From positions 31,582,250 through 31,646,249 of the forward strand of contig NC_134026.1 of assembly GCF_964204645.1 (NCBI RefSeq): DNA of 64,000 bases, given 5' to 3'. The DNA comes from Tubulanus polymorphus (Eukaryota; Animalia; Nemertea). Shown in pieces: positions 1 through 11,000 of this stretch (position 1 is its first letter; every line of letters starts with the position of its first letter). The position numbers and the translations under genes are program-made. Under the pieces are notes generated by a model that was not told the DNA's origin, searched no databases, and saw nothing but the letters and a program-made list of their open reading frames with translations.

Positions 1-101
1 ATTCGTGAACCAAACTGAAATTAATGAATCCATTATTCAAAAAAAAAAAACAATTTAGTTGAATGCAGTAATTGATATCAGTTATAAGGTACTAGCGTTA
101 C

Positions 102-952
102 CTGTCTGTCCGATAAATGATTACTCAGTTTCTCTGCTCTCTCAACGTCACCCAAACTCAAAGCTTCATCAATTTCTTCTTCAAGTTTCGTCTATGAAAA
201 AAACCCAGAAATTCAATAAAATATATCTCGATTCAAGCAAATTTAAAAGTAGAAAACTTCAACTCACTCGTGCAGCATATTTTCCTTTGTCTGTTCCTTT
301 TAAATGATCTTTTTGTCCGATGTATCGTTTTAAATCCTGCCAATCATTTGAACAGCTATAAAATAATAAAACAATGTGTAAAGTATGATTAAAATTAATC
401 GCACAATTGATTGAAGACTAAAATTCAAAAATTCAAAGTTCATTCATCATCAGCAGTTTTAATGAAAGACTGATTAATTACAAACTGACAAAGTTTCAAC
501 TGTTTCCTAGAGATTGAGATTTGACTGAATGATTTTTACCCTTGGTTTCCTTCAGTTTCATCTGTATATTTACGTTTCCGGCTGTCAACATTTTGGTCAG
601 TGACAGCTGTATTGACAGGTTTTTTGACAGCTTCATTGACAGACTTGTTGACAGGTTTCTTCTGCTGATACGTTTTTACCGGTGGCAAATTCGCTTTTCT
701 GTTTTTCAGTTCTTGAAATTTCTGAAGGAACCAAGTTTAAAAAAGTTTAACTCAAGCAAGAAACAAGTGACTAATCCATGAAACAAAACTAACATGCCAC
801 AGGTGGCTCTTTACTCCAGTTGGAGGAGTCTGTCCATCCTCTTGATGTTGATCGGAGTCCTTTTTGACTCCAGAGTCAGATCTGACTCCAGTCAGCGTCT
901 CGGTTTGAGAGGCATTGTCATTTTTTCTAGAGCAGTTTGGATCTGATGACAT
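102..952 (-). CDS. FAM204A: FAM204A-like protein, 5' four coding exons (794-952, 540-721, 268-355, 102-191); continues left of the window
   Basis: Exons join in frame through GT-AG introns: ...LWH|KFQELKNRK...DWQDLKRYIG...|TKLEEEIDEALSLGDVERAEKLSNHLSDRQ. This matches recalled FAM204A motifs ([44 protein letters not shown]). Confidence 0.8.
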
Positions 953-1140
953 TTGGAGGCATCTAATTTCTCAATACTGAAACAAATAAAGTGAGGATAG
1001 GATTGAGGTTCCTCAGCAGCAGCAGCCGGATGTCACCTGGTGGAAAGTGTAGTTTGATTCTTGAGTTGACGGCTCGAGGTACTGGACTTATCTACTGTAG
1101 GCTTTTAAGGGAGGCTGGCTGCAAGCGCAGGGCAGGGCAT

Positions 1141-1218
1141 AGTTAGTTACCTAATCGTTGGTGGGAAGCTTTCATGATCAGACGGGCTTATACCGAAAAT
1201 ATCAGATCGTGAAACTAA
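1141..1218. repeat. Dispersed repeat fragment, second copy at about 61151-61247
   Basis: AGTTAGTTACCTAAT(C/A)GTTGGTGG(G/T)AAGCTTT...GCTTATACC...GATCGTGAAACTAA occurs at both positions. Confidence 0.7.
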
Positions 1219-2122
1219 TAAACGCAGACAGACGGTTCATTTACTCAACTGTGCAGGTGGACAACCGGCACTGGCAGAGTGAGCAAACATTATTCTACCC
1301 TCAGATTTTATATCTAAATCTTGTGGAATGATATAGGACCCTAGGGGTATCATAAAGCTCCCCCTGAAGTCATCATTTGGTTAGAGCAGAGGATTGATTG
1401 GATACTGTGACATTCAAGTTTTGAAATTGAAAGATTTAGACACAACATTAACACTTGCGTTTGATTGCATGGGTACCAATTCATGTGTTAGAGAATGATT
1501 TGATTAATTATTCATTCAATACTTACAAAAATCATCCACATTACACAAATATTCAATATTCAGTTTTCCATCGATTAATTCATTTTTGCACGGTTTATGT
1601 TGGTAAATAGCGCCTCCGTAAATTCAATTCAACAGTTTATTTATCGAAACTCAATAATGAATTCATTGATTCTGTTATCATCGAAACTTGTTTGCAAGTT
1701 TTATTCTCATGATAAAAGCAATGTATGCTCATTTAACAACTTCGTTAGCAATAAAGTGGAAATTGAATTGAAAAATTACTCGATGCAATCTCTGAAACCC
1801 ATAATAGTGACTCGATGCAATCCTACATATCCCGATTGGATCTTACGCTTCAATATTTTTTACGATAAAAGTAAATATCATCATATTTTTCTGAATTAAC
1901 GCTGTATTTGACGCCTTGAACTATAATGAATGTAAATTTTGGAATTTCATGAAAGAATTTCGAAACTTTAACTCATCTCCCTTCGACCTTGACTGGATTA
2001 AAACCACAGAAGAGGAGTCATTACCCGTCCCTGTCTCCTGAGTCCTGTCCCATCCCCTAAATGAAACTCACTAATCACTGATGTATCATCAATGTTTATT
2101 TTGTAGACTGTGATTTGAAAGG

Positions 2123-4146
2123 ATGTCTGACGAAGACCGGTGAGTAACGCCCGCCAACCCCCTCACCTCGTCCTTGCCCCCCTCCAACCACCACCTCACA
2201 GACCTCACACCAACTGACCCCCCTCTAATTATTTCAGCCGATCCTGTTGGGTTTGTTTTGCCACTGATATCGATGACCCGCTAGCTAAATGGGTAAAACC
2301 GTGTCGATGCAGAGGCGCCACCAAGTGGGTACATCACACGTGTTTACAGAGATGGGTTGATGAAAAACAGAAAGGAAATAGCACAACGAAGGTCGCGTGT
2401 CCTCAATGTAATACCGAATATATCATCGTATTCCCGAAACTAGGTCAGTAAAATATCAAAATCATCTGAATGAATGAAATCTCTGATATCTCTACGTTAA
2501 TGATGATATTTTCAATCTAGGTCCTATTTTATATATGATGGAAATGACAGATCGAGTTGTTTATAGAACGTGTCCGTTTTTAGCCGGAGGTATTTTCCTT
2601 GGTTCAGTCTATTGGACGGCCGTCACATACGGAGCTATTACTGTCATGCAGGTCAGTGTTATTAACTCCCCTCCCCCCGTGAGACTCCCCCCTCCCCCTG
2701 CCTGTACATGTCCCTGTTAAACCTCAAATCTATTTCTATTTCAGATTCTCGGACATAAAGAAGGTTTAAACGTAATGGAAAAAGCTGATCCGTTATTCCT
2801 GCTAATAGGGTTACCGACGATACCGATTATGATGATTCTCGGGAAGATGATCAGATGGGAAGATTACGCCTTGAAGTTATGGAGGAAATATTCACCAAAA
2901 CTTCCACTTTTACATTATTTATACCCAGGTCAGTTCCACCTCCCTCCGAGTCGGTTTCACCTCCCTCCCAGTCGGTTCCACCTCCCTCACAGTCGGTTCC
3001 ACCTCTCTCTCAATCAGTTCCACCTCCCTCACAGTCAGTTCCACCTCCCTCACAGTCAGTTCCACCTCCCTCTCAGTCAGTTCCACCTCCCTCTCAGTCG
3101 GTTCCACCTCCCTCTCAGTCGGTTCCACCTCCCTCACAGTCAGTTCCACCTCCCTCTCAGTCAGTTCCACCTCCCTCACAGTCAGTTCCACCTCCCTCCG
3201 AGTCAGTTCCACCTCCCTCCGAGTCGGTTCCACCTCCCTCTCAGTCGGTTCCACCTCCCTCTCAGTCAGTTCCACCTCCCTCTCAGTCGGTTCCACCTCC
3301 CTCTCAGTCAGTTCCACCTCCCTCTTAGTCAGTTCCACCTCCCTCTCAGTCAGTTCCACCTCCCTCTCAGTCAGTTCCACCTCCCTCACAGTCAGTTCCA
3401 CCTCCCTCACAGTCAGTTCCACCTCCCTCCGAGTCGGTTCCACCTCCCTCTCAGTCAGTTCCACCTCCCTCACAGTCAGTTCCACCTCCCTCTCAGTCAG
3501 TTCCACCTCCCTCACAGTCGGTTCCACCTCCCTCACAGTCAGTTCCACCTCCCTCTCAGTCGGTTCCACCTCCCTCTCAGTCAGTTCCACCTCCCTCTCA
3601 GTCAGTTCCACCTCCCTCTCAGTCAGTTCCACCTCCCTCTCAGTCAGTTCCACCTCCCTCTCAGTCAGTTCCACCTCCCTCTCAGTCAGTTCCACCTCCC
3701 TCTCAGTCAGTTCCACCTCCCTCTCAGTCAGTTCCACCTCTTCCGATGCTCATAATTTGTGATATATTTATAGATACAGCGAGTTCTATTCGTACTCCGA
3801 CCGATGCTGGAGGTAATTTCTCGGACCCTCTTTCTGCGACTCGTGTTTTATGTGGAGCCCTGATTCTACCAACAATTGCGACTGTTTGCGGCAAATTGAT
3901 GTTTGGAACCGTTCAATCAAACTTTCAGAGAACTTTACTCGTAAGTTTATCACGCCATCTATTGGTTATTAAGTCAATTATACAACCTGGAGCAGATGGA
4001 TGATTATTGATTATTTTCAGGGCGGCGTGGCGTTCGTTACGATTAAAGGTGCTTTAAAGATTTATTACAAACAACAGCAGTATTTACGACAGTCGCAAAG
4101 ATTAATCCTGGACTTCGACGAAACCAGGCAACCAGTCGCTGACTAA
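2123..4146 (+). CDS. MARCHF5: E3 ubiquitin ligase MARCHF5 (MITOL); exons 2123-2139, 2238-2443, 2521-2651, 2745-2928, 3774-3940, 4021-4146
   Basis: RING-CH domain CWVCFATD...[30 protein letters not shown]...CPQC, followed by [48 protein letters not shown] and KIYYKQQQY. All introns are GT-AG and phase-consistent. Confidence 0.96.
2929..3740 (+). repeat. 21-bp minisatellite (GTCAGTTCCACCTCCCTCTCA), about 38 copies, starting at the 5' splice site of MARCHF5 coding intron 4
   Basis: Read directly from the sequence; the first unit begins with the donor GT at 2929. Confidence 0.95.
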
Positions 4147-4295
4147 TAATCGGATTTAAACCTCGCTGCTCTCATAACCAGAATTGTTTATAATCCAGGA
4201 CTTGTTTAATTGCGTGTATATTTGCTCTTGTAAAGGGATTGGAAGAAAGAAAGCAGTCCGTTTTGTATATAGATAACCCCCCTCCCCCCTAATTA

Positions 4296-7015
4296 GAATC
4301 GTCTGCTTGTAATCATTGTAGTCTAGTTTGTCGTTGCACAATGATATTTTTATGTAAATATAAATGAAATGTGATCGAGATGATGAAACATTTAAATATA
4401 TCGAACTGTTATCAATTGATACGTGTTGTTTATTGTTAATAGGTTCGAGTCCTGCTGCTGCTGGTTACAGTGTGCGGCCGAAACACTTCAAATGTCTTCT
4501 AATTGTCACGCGTTGTTTATCGGGTACAGTCACCACTTGGCATGGTCCAAAGTTGTAGCAGCCTCTGGGCTCTGTGTCTATACCCTCAATTATCGATGTA
4601 AACTCCGCTTTTATATTAAATATTTCATTATCTTTAAGTGAAAAATAAATTGTTATATTATTGTTGACATTAATTAATGGGGTTCGAACACTATATTACT
4701 ATCAATTCCACCTTCGGCACGCGAGTTATCACTACGCTTGCCACAGTAGGATGACCAATTTGTGTCACTAAAGCGACCGTCATGTGCTGTCCCTATGTAT
4801 AACGTTGGCGGCAAAAACGTGAACTAATATATTACTCGCATGCCACAGTTAGAAATATTCTCAGAGTGGTTAGTTCACATATATACCGTCAATGTTATAT
4901 ATAGCGGCAGTACTAGACGGTCTATTCTCACGGCGGCGGGCGGGCCGGGTACCATCATACATACCACTTTGGTACACCATATACCACATGGTATATACAC
5001 CACATACACCTAGGACTGCTGATAAATACCTGCCTGGTAATTGAAGCCAAAGAAATAAAAACGATAATCATTATATTCATTATATAAAATATTTTTATTC
5101 ATGAATAAAAGCGAATATCCGATAGAAAGTTTATTCACACAAATAGTTTTTTATCGAACCCAAGAAAAACAGATAAATCACAGTCAAAATATATCAGTTA
5201 CAATTCAGTTTCAGTGGTGAGAATGAGTACCCAGTTTGAGTAATGTACACCACATACCGAGTTTGAGTACCATGTACCGAGTATGAGTACTACTATGTAC
5301 AGAGTATGAGTACTATGTACAGAGTATGAGTATCATGTACAGAGTATGACGGTACATTGTACTTGTACATTGTATTTGTACATTGTACATCCACTGTAAT
5401 AACCACAATGAAAATTTGCATAGAATTTATAGTTTACTAGAACAGAGAAAGACAAAAAACAATGCATGCAAAAAAAACACAGCACCTGCTTGTAGCTGAT
5501 GGTACAGCTACTGGTACGTACCCTCTGTACCTTAACCTACTTCAGGGATGGATCCAAAGATTTTCCAGCAGAGGGGGTCAAGCCCGGTGTTATCCCAGAT
5601 ATAATTGTTTGAATGCGAGAGATAAGAATTTCATTCTTACAGTAATTTCTGGCAAATGCAACAAACAGCAATCAATGAGTTAAATTGAGTTAATTTTCAA
5701 TGAGTGAACTCAGAGTCAACTCCTAACTAGGAACTGTGGAACTGGTTGCTGATGATTAGATCGTCTGCTTGTAATCATTATAGTCTAGTTTGTCGTTGCA
5801 CAATGATATTTTTATGTAAATATAAATGAAATGTAATCGAGATGATGAAACATTTAAATATATCGAACTGTTATCAATTGATACGTGTTGTTTATTGTTA
5901 AATGGGTTCGAGTCCTGCTGCTGCTGCTTACAGTGTGCGGCCGAAACACTTCAAAGGTCTTCTAATTGTCACGCGTTGTTTAATTAAGGGGGTTCGAACT
6001 GGGGTGCAGTAATTAATGGGGTTCGAACACTATATTACTATCAATTCCACCTTCGGCACGCGAGTTATCACTACACTTGCCACAGTAGGATGACCAATTT
6101 GTGTCACTAAAGCGACCGTCATGTGCTGTCCCTATGTATAACGTTGGCGGCAAAAACGTGAACTAACATATTACTCGCATGCCACAGTTAGAAATATTCT
6201 CAGAGTGGTTAGTTCACATATTTACCGTCAATGTTATATTTAGCGGCAGCACTAGACGGTCTATTCTCACGGCGGCGGGCGGGCCGGGTACCATCATACA
6301 TACCACTTTGGTACACCATATACCACATGGTATATACACCACATACACCTAGGACTGCTGATAAATACCTGCCTGGTAATTGAAGCCAAAGAAATAAAAA
6401 CGATAATCATTATATTCATTATATAAAATATTTTTATTCATGAATAAAAGCGAATATCCGATAGAAAGTTTATTCACACAAATAGTTTTTTATCGAACCC
6501 AAGATTAACAGATAAATCACAGTCAAAATATATCAGTTACAATTCAGTTTCAGTGGTGAGAATGAGTACCCAGTTTGAGTAATGTACACCACATACCGAG
6601 TTTGAGTACCACGTACCGAGTATGAGTACTACTATGTACAGAGTATGAGTACTATGTACAGAGTATGAGTATCATGTACAGAGTATGACGGTACATTGTA
6701 CTTGTACATTGTATTTGTACATTGTACATCCACTGTAATAACCACAATGAAAATTTGCATAGAATTTATAGTTTACTAGAACAGAGAAAGACAAAAAACA
6801 ATGCATGCAATAAAAACACAGCACCTGCTTGTAGCTGATGGTACAGCTACTGGTACGTACCCTCTGTACCTTAACCTACTTCAGGGATGGTTCCAAAGAT
6901 TTTCCAGCAGAGGGGGTCAAGCCCGGTGTTATCCCAGATATAATTGTTTGAATGCGAGAGATAAGAATTTCATTCTTACAGTAATTTCTCGCAGACGCCA
7001 CAAACAGCAATCAAT
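4296..7015. repeat. About 1.3-1.4 kb tandem duplication (copy 1 about 4296-5673, copy 2 about 5760-7015) between the convergent MARCHF5 and NCKX 3' ends
   Basis: Near-identical sequence at offset 1339 (e.g. ORFs at 5462 and 6801). Copy 2 lacks the segment at about 4518-4668. Confidence 0.93.
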
Positions 7016-7127
7016 ACAGATTTGAATTGTGGTTAGTTTCATCATTAATATGACTGATATCACAATGAAACACAGAGCGAGGGGGATCAAGACCCCCCCT
7101 TAACCCCCCCTCCTTGGATCCACCCCC
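6881..7127. mobile_element. Degenerate MITE-like element with CAGGG.TGGATCCA / TGGATCCACCCC termini; truncated copy at about 5543-5673
   Basis: Left end CAGGGATGG(A/T)TCCAA and right end TTGGATCCACCCCCT are imperfect inverted repeats. Confidence 0.45.
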
Positions 7128-7713
7128 TACATTGTACCTTGTGTACCTGATGGTACCATACCATACAGTCAGTACCACAGCAACGTGGTACTGACTGTAC
7201 CTGACCAGCTGGTACCTAATAGCACCTGCTGCTGCAGATCAGATAAACTATTATCATAATTAATTTTTCAATTAATAAAAAGTTTACCATTTTTAATTGA
7301 AACGATAACAATTAATAAACCACTACAGTCTGTTCAAAAATAAACAATCAATAATATTTGTTCAAAATCTCATATGAAAGATTAACATAAATATCTGAAA
7401 TATAGTTTTATAGAAACTAAATTCAGCTGCCTCTAAAATACATAACCAGTACTAATCTATGAACGACAGTCAAACTAGGCGTCATTTGGATAAGTCATTA
7501 CTGAAGTTGTCTCTCTTATCTTTTATAGTCTCAATCTAAATTTCCAATTCAATTCAGGCAGTGAAAGTCATCAATATAATGAGCCTGGTCACAACTACAA
7601 TGACTTCATCGAGTTTGACTGTAAATATCTGTAGAGAATGACTTCACTCAATTCACATTATAATAATATTGTATAAATAACATATAGAAAGCACAACTTT
7701 GAACTGCCTGCTC

Positions 7714-8056
7714 CTGATTGGATGATTCAAATCCTGTTCACAGCTGATTGGATGATTCAAATCCTGCTCACTACTGATTGGATGATTCAAATCCTGCTTG
7801 CAACTGATTGGATGATTCAAATCCTGCTCACAGCCAATTGGATGATTCAAATCCTGCTCACAGCCAATTGGATGATTCAAATCCTGCTCACAGCCAATTG
7901 GATGATTCAAATCCTGCTCACAGCCAATTGGATGATTCAAATCCTGCTCACAGCCAATTGGATGATTCAACTCCTGCTTGCAACTGATTGGATGATTCAA
8001 CTCCTGCTAGCAGCTGATTGGATGATTCAACTCCTCCTCATTGCTGATTGGATGAT
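7714..8056. repeat. 30-bp minisatellite (GATTGGATGATTCAAATCCTGCTCACAGCT), about 11 copies, abutting the NCKX stop codon (3' UTR)
   Basis: Read directly; the array ends at the TAA (8057-8059, minus strand). Confidence 0.93.
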
Positions 8057-11000
8057 TTAAAAGGCACTTGGACACGCCGGCATTCGTAAATGACCGAATA
8101 TATTGAGTTCAAACAAACATGAAACCGCGGTAACGATGATGTAAGAGATAATGAGAATAATACCGTAACGTTTTGTTAATCGCCATCCGTTTAAATGAGT
8201 GGCTAATAACAGGAAGACAACAGTCGTCAGTAGAGTTAATGTCGCGTACGTTAATCCTGAAATAGACAAACAATAACAATAATAATCATAATACCACGCA
8301 TTAGCCACCGGAGCCAATTCTAAATATCTAAACCTCATGCGATGACAAACCATGATTGCAGATTTAGTGTAGATCAGAGGCAAAAACCTGCAGATTTAGT
8401 GTAGATCAGAGGCAAAAAACGGCAGTCTACTGTAGATCAGAGGCAAAAACCTGCATATTTACTGTAGATCTGAGGTAAACCTGCAGATTTAGTGTAGATC
8501 AGAGGCAAAAACCTGCATATTTACTGTAGATCTGAGGTAAACCTGCAGATTTAGTGTGTATTTGAGGAAAACCAACAGACTATTGTATTGTACTTAAAAA
8601 TTTCACGAAAATCGACAAAAATATCAATCTTACCTTGACTGAACACCTGCACGGGATTGCCGTTTTTAGTGAGAGTTTTTAAAGTCCATGGTAATCCCAA
8701 GCACAATAGAATATCAAATACATTACTTCCTATAGCATTAGAAACAGCCATATCACCGTAACCTACGGATACAATACACAGCATAATTTATACAACCTTT
8801 CAACAGAAATAAAGAAAACTAGGATTCAGTTTCACAGATAAAGTCTTCAATAGAATGAATAGAGAGTGTCAGGTGCCCGGGGGCTCAGGTACCCGGCCGG
8901 GGCTATTAAATACTTACCATCCTTAATAACTATAATACTCGCTATAGCATCGGGTACACTGACACCTGCAGCAACTAATGTCATAGCTAAAACAGTATCG
9001 GGTATTCCAAGAGTAAATCCTATAACAACAATGAAACTGAACAGTCAGTATATATATATATACATAACACACAATCCTTCAATTCAAACCAGTTTATACT
9101 AATAATCATCTACAGGAATAACTTAGACTTTATTTTCATTGAAGGATTTTGTCACAACACGGGATCAGTAATCAAACCCCCTTAATCTGGATTGGATTAT
9201 CTATTGCGGATTTTGCTCTAATCCAGACAATATTTTTTCATTAATATACAAGAATATGATTTTCAATCCGTAATACCCGTAAACCGAATGATATTTTGTT
9301 GGTCGGAATAAAGCGGATTTTACTACGCAGAATGAACTTACCGATAACAGTTATCATCCACACCATAATATAAGAGAAAACTGAGATCCAAACTAACGAC
9401 AATATAAATGTGATTCCGTAACAACGTTTCCATCTATTCCTCCGACAATCGGGAATCGTTAAAAACATTACTATATTCAACGGTAAACTTAAAACCCACA
9501 TGAACTGTTGGTAACATTGTTTAGGAATCGCTAACACCCATAAATGATCCTCCTCATCAATATCTTCTGATTCTTTGTCTCCTCCTTCTTTCACTGTAAA
9601 CACATACAATAAAAAACAATTATCAACTCATTACAATAACTGGTAATAAATATAGAAACAATCTCAACCTCGGAAAGAAAGTCAGAAAATAATCCTTTAA
9701 GTTTAGGATATAGTTGTATAACTCATTAACTGAAGGAATCATTTTAAGACTTTTTTATCTTTCTAAGCGCAGGATTTCTGTATATAATCTTAACAACACA
9801 GACTCGGAGTGTTTCATCATCTCTACAACAAACTCCTTTGGGTCTGAGCAAAAAATTTGCGATGAAGAGGTTTGAAGTTTAAATGTGACGCCATCTTGTA
9901 GTCATTTAAGTAATTAAATTCCCATAAATTAGATGAATCAGTACAACGTAGACTATAATAGAATTACCCAGTAATTATCTATGAATGTTGTATACTGGTA
10001 ATTAGTAAAAACCAAACATTGATGAAACTCTATTCTAGAGTCTGTGCTCAATGATTATACAGTATTCCATGCTGAAGATGACTATTAGGATAAAGTTGAA
10101 ACGTTGAAAATAAACAATACTCAAGCAAATCTTTCACAATCATTTCTCTTATCTATAATGTGTGATTTTACTGTAAAAACCAAGAATACTGAACGCGGAC
10201 ACATGGGAACTGTTACTAAAATCTCGATTCGAAGAAAAAGGCGTTCGTTACGGAGAGGTTTTACTGTATTTAGAATTTAACATCAGTCGAGTGAAAACTG
10301 ATAAATTCAAGTGGATTTAAAGCCTTTAAGTCATTAAGTATTAAAGTCTACAAGCGAGTATGAGGGGAGGGAGAGGGAGGAGGAGGAGGGGGAACTAGCA
10401 AACATGTTACTAGAATAGTTATGATTTATTAAAACTCACACTGAAGTTGTAGTAGTTATTTAATAGAGATCAATAATACAAATGACGACTTACGTTTAGT
10501 AAATTCAGTTAGAAATACATAATTATGACTCAAAACTAGAGACAAATACAGACTCAGTTCCTGAGTACTAGTGCTGCTCAGGGATGGATCCAGCCTCAGT
10601 TCCTAAATACTAGTGCTGCTCAGGGATGGATGCAGCCTCAGTTTCTGAGTACTAGCACCGCTCACGGATGGATGCAGCCTCAGTTCCTGAGTACTAGCAC
10701 CGCTCAGGGATGAATGCAGCCTCAGTTCCTGAGTACTAGCACCGTTAAGGGATGGATGCACCCTAAGTTTCTGAGTGCTAGTACCGCTCACGGATGGATG
10801 CAGCCTCAGTTCCTGAGTACTAGTACTGCTCACGGATGGATGCAGCCTCAGTTCCTGAGTACTAGCACCGCTCACGGATGGATGCACCCTCAGTTTCTGA
10901 GTACTAGCACCGCTCACGGATGGATGCAGCCTCAGTTCCTGAGTACTAGCACCGCTCAGTCTAGTACCACACAAGGGGCGAGTGGAGTCCTACTTTACAA

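Noticed and set aside
2855-3737. SQSVPPP and ELTEREV repeat ORFs
   Set aside because: Alternative frames of the 21-bp intronic array.
4441-4500. B-box-like GGTTCGAGTCC and hammerhead-like CTGCTGC...CGAAACA...TGTC (also at about 5906-5965)
   Set aside because: No A-box or cloverleaf; the hammerhead core lacks the invariant A6 and A9 and stem I is poor.
5462-7025. Duplicated 73-74 aa ORFs
   Set aside because: They lie in the segmental duplication and run across a MITE end; no recognisable protein.
10435-10545. GTAAGT/GTGAGT donors suggesting NCKX microexons
   Set aside because: The sequence matches a dispersed repeat also at about 45685-45752 and 52990-53070; no convincing acceptor.
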